A stretch of DNA of 38,426 nucleotides from a virus (Duplodnaviria; Caudoviricetes). Position numbers and translations under genes: made by a program. Below the pieces are notes generated by a model. It worked only from the letters and a program-made list of their open reading frames with translations, was not told the origin of the DNA and searched no databases. Below, piece by piece: positions 8,726-15,298 of the stretch; within the stretch, counting starts at the first letter, position 1, and each line of letters starts with the position of its first letter. Location: the IMG/VR virus record IMGVR_UViG_3300049137_000136, positions 1 to 38,426 of that record. One strand, written 5' to 3'.

Positions 8726-8964
8726 GTTTCCCAGTTGTTTCCCACTCGCCGATCAGGGATCAAGGGATGCGCAGGTCAGGGCGTCCTGGAGCCCTGATCC
8801 TTCAAGTACTACGACTTCTCGATGTCAGACATTCGCGCGGTCTGATGACCGCGCGGTTTGAAGTCGCCTGAGTCCTCTAGCTGGGGCAATAGCCAAAATC
8901 GGCAGCCATCTGTACTCATGTGTGGGCCTCTGTAGGCATGCTTGTTTCCCGTTCGTTTCCCAGT
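8726..8964. other. attP: attP site, intact
   Basis: Two pairs of 11-bp-spaced direct arm-type repeats with a GTTTCCC core (8726, 8737; 8944, 8955) flank a core-like AAGT-ACTACG-ACTT (8804-8817); immediately 3' of int. Confidence 0.75.
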
Positions 8965-8997
8965 GGCAGACTGACCCCTGGGGCGAGGCATGAAAGC

Positions 8998-9057
8998 GCC
9001 GGACCCGGCCCCCTTGGGGACGCCCTCAGAGGCGGTGGGTGGGGAACCGGGTCCGGC
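8998..9057. terminator. Long GC stem, probably a bidirectional terminator
   Basis: GCCGGACCCGG/CCGGGTCCGGC stem followed by TTCTATTTT on the plus strand. Confidence 0.55.
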
Positions 9058-9256
9058 TTCTATTTTCAACGAGTGCCTGCGCTTCGAGTCACCCGTTCCG
9101 GTGAACGCCTGCTGGAGGTTGCCAGGCCTCACCGTGCGGCTCGCCGTCCGGCCGTCGAGGGGGTACACGGCCGGACGATGAACCGATCGGCGCTCCGGAG
9201 ACCTGAACCCCGCAGCACCGACGCCTTCCCTCTTCAGATGACAGGGCCATGCACCG

Positions 9257-9278
9257 CGGGCTGGATATATCCAGCCCG
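9257..9278. promoter_or_regulatory. Perfect 22-bp palindrome, probable GntR operator
   Basis: CGGGCTGGATATATCCAGCCCG lies ~53 bp upstream of the GntR gene. Confidence 0.7.
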
Positions 9279-9331
9279 GATGCAGGGTCATAGCTTCAGA
9301 CCCCACGTCATGATCGACGGCAGGGGTCCTG

Positions 9332-9964
9332 ATGCCAGAGGAGCGAGCGCGCCATCGGCGCATCGCTGCTGACATTCGCCGCCGCATCGCCACCGGTGAG
9401 TGGCGGCCTGGCGATCCGCTGCCTTCGAGAGCCGAGCTAGCTGCCGAACTCGGCGTGAACCCTCAAACCGTTCGCCTCGCCTACGTCCTGCTGCGTCGGG
9501 CCGGCGTACTTGAGGGCGAGGAGCGTAGAGCCGTATATGTGGCGCATCCTCCTGTTATGCGCACTCTGACGGACGCTGATGCGGATTGGCCGTTCTCCAG
9601 CGAGGCCACCGACACCAGTCCGCGGCGGGCCACGGAAGAACTCGCCGAGCGCCTCGACGTCCCTGCAGGAGCGATGCTGCGGCACGAGACGGTGGAGTGT
9701 CTGGACCCGGGCGGCAGGTCCGCCATGCTGGTGTCGACGTGGTGGTGCGGCGAACGCCGGCCGCATTCGTCGTTCACGGCGGAACTGGGGGTGACGCCCC
9801 TTAGGAGGGAACACGCGCATGCTCTTGGCCTGCTCGTCGACGCTCTGGCGTTTCGTGTGGTGCGGACTCGCCTCGATGCTCAAGGTCGCCCCCTAGAGAC
9901 TGCTGACCTGATCCTGCCGATGGATCGCTGGCTGGTTAGGTTGGCGCCCGCCGCGCAGCGGTGA
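9332..9964 (+). CDS. GntR-family regulator with degenerate UTRA-like C-terminus
   Basis: 'IAADIRRRIATGEWRPGDPLPSRAELAAELGVNPQTVRLAY..L...G'; C-terminal 'RTRLDAQGRPLE'. Confidence 0.85.
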   Translation: MPEERARHRRIAADIRRRIATGEWRPGDPLPSRAELAAELGVNPQTVRLAYVLLRRAGVLEGEERRAVYVAHPPVMRTLTDADADWPFSSEATDTSPRRATEELAERLDVPAGAMLRHETVECLDPGGRSAMLVSTWWCGERRPHSSFTAELGVTPLRREHAHALGLLVDALAFRVVRTRLDAQGRPLETADLILPMDRWLVRLAPAAQR

Positions 9965-10114
9965 GCGTTTACAGTCCGGGCGTGTGGGGCGCCTGGCGTC
10001 ATGAGTAAATCTCAGTTCACGCCTTTCCGGAAGATGTCCCCTGCATATTCTCTGACTTTCTGTTGACGCTTCGTTCGTTTACGTAACCGTATGCCAGGCG
10101 TTGGCCAGGCATGT

Positions 10115-10336
10115 TCAGGTCTTGAGCTGGTCGAGAGTCCGGTCAGCAAGGTCGCGCCAGTCCCGCCGCAGTCGCTCGCCCAGGTCGCAACTCTGGTCGA
10201 CGTCTCGGCAGGTCCAACACTGGGTGGCATGACGCGCGTACCGGCCGTAGGCCTCCCGGACGGGCGGAAGGCGGACACCGGCCGCAACGACGGGCGGCCT
10301 TTCGGCGGGGGGCGGGGGGTTCGTAGGCTCGTCCAC
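10115..10336 (-). CDS. Small Cys/His protein (HxxxCxxC...C) divergent from the short GntR
   Basis: GTG after AGGGAG RBS; 'Y.RHATQCWTCRDVDQSCDLGERL'. Confidence 0.6.
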   Translation of the reverse strand: MDEPTNPPPPAERPPVVAAGVRLPPVREAYGRYARHATQCWTCRDVDQSCDLGERLRRDWRDLADRTLDQLKT

Positions 10337-10406
10337 GTCGACGCTCCCTGTAGCTGTCGGCCATGCCCCCGGGCCGTGTCCGCGGTCGCGGGGGTCCTGC
10401 AATTTC

Positions 10407-10450
10407 ACGGTACCGCTCTATACCGCTACATGGAGCACTGTGCCGCTACC
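10407..10450. promoter_or_regulatory. 10-bp-phased direct repeats overlapping a minus-strand -10 box
   Basis: TACCGCTCTA (10411), TACCGCTACA (10421), TGCCGCTACC (10441); TACCGT at 10407-10412 on the minus strand. Confidence 0.55.
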
Positions 10451-10490
10451 TGCGGGAGTGCGGAGCAGTAGGCGGCTCTACGTTCGAACC

Positions 10491-10733
10491 ATGGGTGATC
10501 AAGAGCCTGTGGTGGACCCCTCCCGGCCGGTGTACGTGTGGCAGCAGGTCGCGGACCACATCGCGCACCGGATCGCGGCCGGCGAGCTCCAGCCGGGCGC
10601 CCGGCTGGAGGGCGAGCGGGAGCTGGCCGAGGCCCTCGGTGTCGCCGTCGGCACGGTGCGGCGGGCGGTGGTGGACCTGCGGGAGCGGGGCCTGGTGGTC
10701 ACGCTGCCGTCGAAGGGCACGTACATCGCGTAG
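10491..10733 (+). CDS. Stand-alone GntR winged-helix protein
   Basis: 'VWQQVADHIAHRIAAGELQPGARL..ERELAEALGVAVGTVRRAV..L...GLV.TLPSKGTYI'; leaderless TACGTT-N6-ATG. Confidence 0.85.
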   Translation: MGDQEPVVDPSRPVYVWQQVADHIAHRIAAGELQPGARLEGERELAEALGVAVGTVRRAVVDLRERGLVVTLPSKGTYIA

Positions 10734-10756
10734 CGGGCCCCGGAGTCATAGCCCGC

Positions 10757-10778
10757 TGTCAGACCTCGCGGCTACGCT
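10757..10778 (+). promoter_or_regulatory. PafBC-type (RecA-NDp) DNA-damage promoter motif
   Basis: TGTCAG-N10-TACGCT, 7 nt before ATG 10786. Confidence 0.65.
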
Positions 10779-10785
10779 GATCGCC

Positions 10786-10965
10786 ATGTCCACCTCTCCC
10801 CCGCCTGAGGGTGTCGCCCGGCCAGCCGCGGTCGTGAACACGGAGATCCGTGCGCTGCTGGAGCGGACCCGTCGGCGCCTGTCGGATGTGGAGCGGGGCG
10901 AGTACGAGGAGCTGCTGCGGGAGTGGGCGGCAGCAGTGCGGGCCGAGGTTACGACCGCCGCGTAG
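10786..10965 (+). CDS. Small hypothetical protein
   Basis: 59 aa, 'RPAAVVNTEIRALL...GEYEELLREWAAA'; leaderless start. Confidence 0.65.
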   Translation: MSTSPPPEGVARPAAVVNTEIRALLERTRRRLSDVERGEYEELLREWAAAVRAEVTTAA

Positions 10966-10974
10966 GATCCGTTC

Positions 10975-11172
10975 GTGAGCGATTTCGATTTCCCTGATGA
11001 CCTGCTGGAGCTGGAGCGTGCCGCGTGGGCGGCGATGCAGGCCGGGACGCTCACCGCTGACCAGGCCGACGCCGTACAGCAGCGGATCACCGCCTACGCC
11101 TCCGAGGCCGGGCTGTCACGGTACGACGTGGAGATGGCGCTGAAGCGGGCCGTCCGGCACGCGGAGGGCTAG
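10975..11172 (+). CDS. Small hypothetical protein
   Basis: 65 aa, 'DFPDDLLELERAAW...SRYDVEMALKRAVRH'; TAGGAT-N6-GTG leaderless start. Confidence 0.7.
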   Translation: MSDFDFPDDLLELERAAWAAMQAGTLTADQADAVQQRITAYASEAGLSRYDVEMALKRAVRHAEG

Positions 11173-11588
11173 GGCCGCCACTCCTCGCGGTAGCCGGGCC
11201 GGTCGGCGTAGGGCAGCGCGAGCGCTCGAAGGACCGGGTTCATCGCGTCCAGGAGCAGTCCGAGGTCCAGGCCGGGCTGAGGGTGCTTCGGCGGATCGAC
11301 CGCCTTCCGAGCCGCCCTCTCGTTCCAGTAGGCGCACTGGTCGATGATCTGCCGCTTGGCGTCGATCTCGCGCAGCACCCGCGCCGGATTGTGCGCGGCG
11401 ATGAAGTCGGCATCAGCGAGCCCCTGCTCAGTGTCCGCAGTTTCGACTCCCGCTCCCGGACGCCCGAAGTCGACGGTCCAGCCGTAGTCGCCGACGCCGC
11501 TCTGCACCCACGGCCCAAGCGTCGCCGCCCGCGCGATCCGCTCGTCCTCGTCGAGCTGGGCGTGCAGCCACTGCGCCAGGTCGTCCAT
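11169..11588 (-). CDS. DUF6221-like protein
   Basis: 'L..WL.AQLDEDERIARAA...PARVLREIDAKRQII...LRALALPYADRPGYREEW'; GGAGG RBS. Confidence 0.8.
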   Translation of the reverse strand: MDDLAQWLHAQLDEDERIARAATLGPWVQSGVGDYGWTVDFGRPGAGVETADTEQGLADADFIAAHNPARVLREIDAKRQIIDQCAYWNERAARKAVDPPKHPQPGLDLGLLLDAMNPVLRALALPYADRPGYREEWRP

Positions 11589-11687
11589 GGCCCCTCCAAG
11601 TCCGCGGCGCCCCGCCCGGGCGCTGTACCGGGCAGGGCGCCGTCCGAGTGCTGCACGCGCTCAGCAGACGCGAACAGTGATGCGATC

Positions 11688-11709
11688 AGGCTAGCGGGGA
11701 GCGCCGACA
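11688..11709 (-). promoter_or_regulatory. PafBC-type (RecA-NDp) DNA-damage promoter motif
   Basis: Minus strand reads TGTCGG-N10-TAGCCT, pointing at the DUF6221-like gene. Confidence 0.7.
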
Positions 11710-11846
11710 GCGCTGGGGCGTCGCGTCGACAGCCTGTATTCCCCGGCCGGGCCCTGCGGGGCGCGGGCGGCCGGCAGCTGGTTGCGGTGCCGGCGGAGGA
11801 TTTGCCGCAGCGCGCGGGCGGCGACCGGGTACGGGCGGTGGGCCAT
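11691..11846 (-). CDS. Small basic ORF (51 aa, MAHRPYPVAARALRQILRRH...), absent from the ORF track
   Basis: ATG 11846 to TAG 11691; CATTCT-N7-ATG leaderless layout; fills an otherwise empty gap. Confidence 0.45.
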   Translation of the reverse strand: MAHRPYPVAARALRQILRRHRNQLPAARAPQGPAGEYRLSTRRPSAVGAPR

Positions 11847-11867
11847 GGCGGACAGAATGGCAGACGA

Positions 11868-12071
11868 TCACCCGGGCTCGGGCCACTCCGTCAACACGGC
11901 GCCGGACTCCTCGTCGGTGAGGGTGATACGGGCGCCGGGCTGGCCCCAGCCGCCGATCCACTCGGTGAGCTTGCCGCGGGCGACGGGCTCGCTGTCCCAC
12001 CAGCCGTGGGCGACCGCCCGGCCGGCGGCGTGCAGCGTGACCCGGTAGCGGCCGGGCGGCGGGCTGGTCAT
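11868..12071 (-). CDS. Small hypothetical protein coupled to the LexA-like gene
   Basis: 67 aa, 'RYRVTL...GWWDSE.VARGK..EW...GARITLTDEE.G.VLTEWP'; ATGA overlap. Confidence 0.7.
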   Translation of the reverse strand: MTSPPPGRYRVTLHAAGRAVAHGWWDSEPVARGKLTEWIGGWGQPGARITLTDEESGAVLTEWPEPG

Positions 12072-12289
12072 GCGAGCCGGATCCCGCGCGGCCGGCCGGG
12101 TTCGCGCACGATGGCGGCCTTCGCTTCGAGCTCGCGCAACTGGTAGTGGACGGAAGAGGGACGCAGGTCGACGGCGTGGGCGATTTCGGCGACGGTGGGG
12201 GCGTCGCCTTGGTCGGTGATGGCCGTGCGGATGCAGTGGAGGATCCGCTCCTGGGTGGTCGTGAGGTACTCGACTTTGTGCCTGGCCAT
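12068..12289 (-). CDS. LexA DNA-binding-domain-only protein
   Basis: 73 aa, 'LTTTQERILHCIR..I...G.APTVAEIA.AVDL.PSSVHYQLRELEAK..I.R.PGRPRGI'; no cleavage site or peptidase domain. Confidence 0.85.
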   Translation of the reverse strand: MARHKVEYLTTTQERILHCIRTAITDQGDAPTVAEIAHAVDLRPSSVHYQLRELEAKAAIVREPGRPRGIRLA

Positions 12290-12297
12290 ACCCCGAT

Positions 12298-12313
12298 GGG
12301 AGCACGTGTTCGA
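12298..12313. promoter_or_regulatory. SOS-box-like (LexA) site
   Basis: Minus strand TCGAAC-ACGT-GCTCCC versus the actinobacterial consensus TCGAAC-N4-GTTCGA: one perfect half-site; lies between divergent genes. Confidence 0.6.
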
Positions 12314-12334
12314 TTTTTGGCGCAAACTGACCTT

Positions 12335-12673
12335 GTGACCGACCTGCCGCCCGACCTGCCCCGTCTCCGCACCCTGGAGACTTGGCTCGCCCTCGCCCTC
12401 GACGACGTCCGGAAGGCGATCGCCGTAGCCGAGCAGCGGGAGCGCGAGCGGCAGCGCGGCATCGAGGCCCGGCCAGCGCCCCCCGAATGGCTGCTGGAGC
12501 TCGGGCTGAACCGCGACGCCCCGCCGGTGCAGGTCCACGTTGGCGGCTGCTGGAACGCCGGGAAGCGGTCGCGTGGCGTCAGCCGGGAGGACGCGCTGCG
12601 GGCCCTCGCCGAGGGCGTGAAGGCGTGCTCGGCGTGCCGGCCCGACTCGAAGCTCGGGTTCCTGGAGGGTTAG
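12335..12673 (+). CDS. DUF6233-like protein (zinc-binding HxxxC...CxxC)
   Basis: 'DLPPDLPRLRTLETWL...VHVGGCW...ACSACRPD'; CAAACT-N6-GTG leaderless start. Confidence 0.8.
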   Translation: MTDLPPDLPRLRTLETWLALALDDVRKAIAVAEQRERERQRGIEARPAPPEWLLELGLNRDAPPVQVHVGGCWNAGKRSRGVSREDALRALAEGVKACSACRPDSKLGFLEG

Positions 12674-13566
12674 GCGGTCCGTCGCGGCTTCCGCGCCGGC
12701 TTCTTCTCGGCCTTCTTCGCCGCCTTCTTCGCCGCCTTCTTCGGCGGCGGCAGCTTGTGGACCTCGGCGTGGCCGCCGTCCTCCCGACTGGCCCGCGCCT
12801 TGGCGACGGAGGCGTTGAGCGCGGCCATCAGGTCGACGAGCTGTCCGGTCTCCGCGGCGGGCTCCGGCGCGGCCGGCATCTCACGGTTCTCCCGCTTGGC
12901 CTTGATCAGCTTGGCGACCGCCTCCGTGTACGCGTCGCGATACTCGGGGCCGGTGAGTTCCTCGACGGTCATGGTGTCCATGAGGGCCAGGGCGCCCTTG
13001 ATCTCCTCCTCGGTCACCTCGACCGGGGGCGGCGTGAGGCTGGCCGGGTCGCGGATCTCGTCGGGCCACCGCATCGCGTGGAGGACGATCGCCTCGTCGC
13101 GGACTCGGAGCAGGCCGAGCCGTTCGCGGCCGGACCAGGCGTAGCGGGCGACAGCGACCCGCTCCGACCGGGCGAGGGCCTGGCGGAGCAGCTTGTACGG
13201 CTTCGCGGCGACCTGCCCGTCCGGCTGGAGGTAGTAGCCCTCAGCGATCCGGATGGGGTCGATCGACGACAGCGGCACGAACGCGACGATCTCGATCGCC
13301 TTCGCGGTCGGCAGGGGCAGGTCGCGCAGCTCCTGATCGGTCACCGGGACGATGTGGTCCCGCACGATCTCGTAGCCCTTGCCGATCTCCGACTGGGCGA
13401 CCTCGCGGTCCTCCAACTCGCAGATCTTCCTCGTGCGGACGCGGCCCATGTCGGTGAGGTGGACGCGGTGGAAGTGGATCGAGTGGTCCTCGGTGGCGCT
13501 GACCACGTGAATCGGCACGGTGACCAGGCCGAAGCTGATGGCGCCGGACCAGATCGTGCGAGGCAT
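12670..13566 (-). CDS. ku: Prokaryotic Ku DNA end-binding protein
   Basis: 'MPRTIWSGAISFGLVTVPI', 'KGYE', 'YYLQP', 'PYKLLRQAL', 'LVDLMAALNASV', Lys/Ala-rich tail; GGAGG RBS. Confidence 0.95.
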   Translation of the reverse strand: MPRTIWSGAISFGLVTVPIHVVSATEDHSIHFHRVHLTDMGRVRTRKICELEDREVAQSEIGKGYEIVRDHIVPVTDQELRDLPLPTAKAIEIVAFVPLSSIDPIRIAEGYYLQPDGQVAAKPYKLLRQALARSERVAVARYAWSGRERLGLLRVRDEAIVLHAMRWPDEIRDPASLTPPPVEVTEEEIKGALALMDTMTVEELTGPEYRDAYTEAVAKLIKAKRENREMPAAPEPAAETGQLVDLMAALNASVAKARASREDGGHAEVHKLPPPKKAAKKAAKKAEKKPARKPRRTA

Positions 13567-13648
13567 AGCGGACCTCCGACTTCCTGCCCCGAGCAGGCTC
13601 CAGCCTATGGCGCACGCGCGGCCGGCGCAGCCCGCCCGGCTCAGGGCA

Positions 13649-13856
13649 GCCGCAAGCCTCCCGTGGGGAGCCGGGAGGCGCGGCGGGCCCTGCCGGTCGG
13701 CGGAACACGGCAGGGCCCGACCGGATCTCACCCGGGGGTGGAGCGGGATCCGTGCGCACCACCATGCATTACTTCCAGCCACGGCGGAAGATCTCGGCCA
13801 CGAGTTTCTCGCGGCACGCAGAAGGCCCGCCGCGACGGGGGACGCGCGGCGGGCCT
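13649..13856 (-). ncRNA. Candidate structured RNA: four hairpins with C-rich loops on the minus strand
   Basis: Stems at 13656-13679, 13684-13719, 13722-13752 and 13823-13856; minus-strand loops GCUCCCCA, UGUUCCGCCGAC, UCCACCCCCG and CGUCCCCCGU. Confidence 0.4.
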
Positions 13857-13929
13857 GCGGCAAGTCTGGCACGTGGGCGGGGGACCGGGCGGCGGGAACG
13901 TCTGACGCGGATGGCCTTACCGTCCCCCT

Positions 13930-14136
13930 ATGAGTACTCCAAAGACGATCTACCCTCAGTCCGAAGCCCGCCGACTCCGCGACCACCCCTGCATCCACTG
14001 CGGCAGGATGAGCCGCATCGATCGCAAGCCCTTGAACGACATGGCTGGCGCCGTCGACCCCGACGTCTCCGTCCTCTGGTACTGCCCCGACAACCTCTGC
14101 GCCGGGCACGACGGCTTCTCGACTGAGAACCAGTAA
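13930..14136 (+). CDS. Small zinc-ribbon-like protein (CxxC...CxxxxC)
   Basis: 68 aa; TACCGT-N6-ATG leaderless start; followed by a terminator. Confidence 0.65.
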   Translation: MSTPKTIYPQSEARRLRDHPCIHCGRMSRIDRKPLNDMAGAVDPDVSVLWYCPDNLCAGHDGFSTENQ

Positions 14137-14145
14137 GCTGACGCA

Positions 14146-14182
14146 GCGGCGCCCCGCCCACTTACTCTGGGCGGGGCGCCGC
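14146..14182. terminator. Bidirectional terminator-like hairpin between convergent genes
   Basis: 15-bp perfect stem GCGGCGCCCCGCCCA/TGGGCGGGGCGCCGC. Confidence 0.75.
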
Positions 14183-14197
14183 GCCGTGCCGGTACGT

Positions 14198-14515
14198 CTA
14201 CTGGCGGGCGAGCAAGTAGGGCTTACGGGACCGGGGGCCCCGCCGGATCACGCTCCATCCCGCAGCTTCCAAGGTGTCGGCGTACTCCCACACCATCTGC
14301 TGCCGCTCGTCCGCAAGCTCGTCGTCGCTGGGGCGATCAGGGTCCAGCAGGTCGACATTCGGCACCACATGCGAGACGCGCGCCATCCCGTCGCGGCCTC
14401 CGTCGACTCGGTAACCGGAGTCCTCGCAGGCTCCGTACTGGTTGTAGACCGCTGGTGTGTGCTTGACGGACAGGGCGCGCCTGGCGGCGTCCTCGACCGT
14501 GTTGAGTTGCGGCAT
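14198..14515 (-). CDS. Hypothetical protein co-transcribed with the resolvase
   Basis: 105 aa; starts 2 nt after the resolvase stop, GAGG RBS. Confidence 0.7.
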   Translation of the reverse strand: MPQLNTVEDAARRALSVKHTPAVYNQYGACEDSGYRVDGGRDGMARVSHVVPNVDLLDPDRPSDDELADERQQMVWEYADTLEAAGWSVIRRGPRSRKPYLLARQ

Positions 14516-14516
14516 G

Positions 14517-15089
14517 TCAGTTCGTCCTCTCTAGGTAGCGGTAGATGGTGGTGCGGGCGACGCCGAGTTCGTCGGCGATGTCCTGCACGGTGTGCTTGCG
14601 CTTGCCGTCCTCACCCAGTTCGTCGTACATCCGCTGGGCCAGCTCGATCTGGCGCGGGCGCAGCGCTTTCTTCCTCCCGCCGACTCGCCCTCGGGCGCGG
14701 GCAGCTTCGAGGCCGTCGCGGGTCCGCTCGACGATGAGGGACCGCTCGAACTCGGCGATGGCGCCGAGGATGTGGAAGAACATCCGCCCGGCCGGGGTGC
14801 TGGTATCGATGCCCTGGCTGAGCACGACGAGGTTGACGCCCTTCTTCTCCAGCGTCTCGGCGAGCTCGATGAGGTTCTTCAGGGAGCGTCCGAGCCGGTC
14901 GAGCTTGGTGATGACGAACTCGTCGCCCTCCCGGGCCGCGATGAGGGCCTTGTCGAGCTCGGGGCGCGAGGCGAGCTTGCCGGATGCCTTGTCGACGAAG
15001 ACGGGGTCGCAGTCGGCGGCCTTGAGTGCGTCCTCCTGTGCGTCGGGGTTCTGGTCGCGCGTGGAGACGCGGCCGTATCCGATTCTCAT
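14517..15089 (-). CDS. Small serine recombinase (resolvase/invertase family) with C-terminal HTH
   Basis: 'IGYGRVSTRDQ', 'ITKLDRLGRS', 'AIAEFER..I.ERT..GL.AARARGR.GGR', 'IADELGVARTTIYRYL'. Confidence 0.95.
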   Translation of the reverse strand: MRIGYGRVSTRDQNPDAQEDALKAADCDPVFVDKASGKLASRPELDKALIAAREGDEFVITKLDRLGRSLKNLIELAETLEKKGVNLVVLSQGIDTSTPAGRMFFHILGAIAEFERSLIVERTRDGLEAARARGRVGGRKKALRPRQIELAQRMYDELGEDGKRKHTVQDIADELGVARTTIYRYLERTN

Positions 15090-15127
15090 GGACGACACGA
15101 CCCCAACGGGCCGGGGGGCACAACGAA

Positions 15128-15157
15128 GGGCCCCGCTCCTCGATGGGAGCGGGGCCC
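15128..15157. terminator. GC hairpin, terminator-like
   Basis: GGGCCCCGCTCC-N6-GGAGCGGGGCCC. Confidence 0.55.
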
Positions 15158-15240
15158 GCGATGCGGCATGTTATCCGGGCTCAGGCTCCCAACGATCCTC
15201 CGCGAGACACAAGTTGCCGAGGGTTCTCGGCGCCCTCCCC

Positions 15241-15272
15241 TTGCCATAACGTCTCACGGTGAGGCATTATGG
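15241..15272 (+). promoter_or_regulatory. Housekeeping-type promoter overlapped by a 29-bp palindromic operator
   Basis: TTGCCA-N18-CATTAT; CCATAAcGTCTCAC-g-GTGAGGCaTTATGG at 15244-15272. Confidence 0.7.
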
Positions 15273-15298
15273 AGTCATCGCCAGGGAGGGAACCCACG

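Noticed and set aside
8760-8900. tRNA fragment at the attP core
   Set aside because: No T-loop (GTTCRA) or acceptor stem/CCA pattern found
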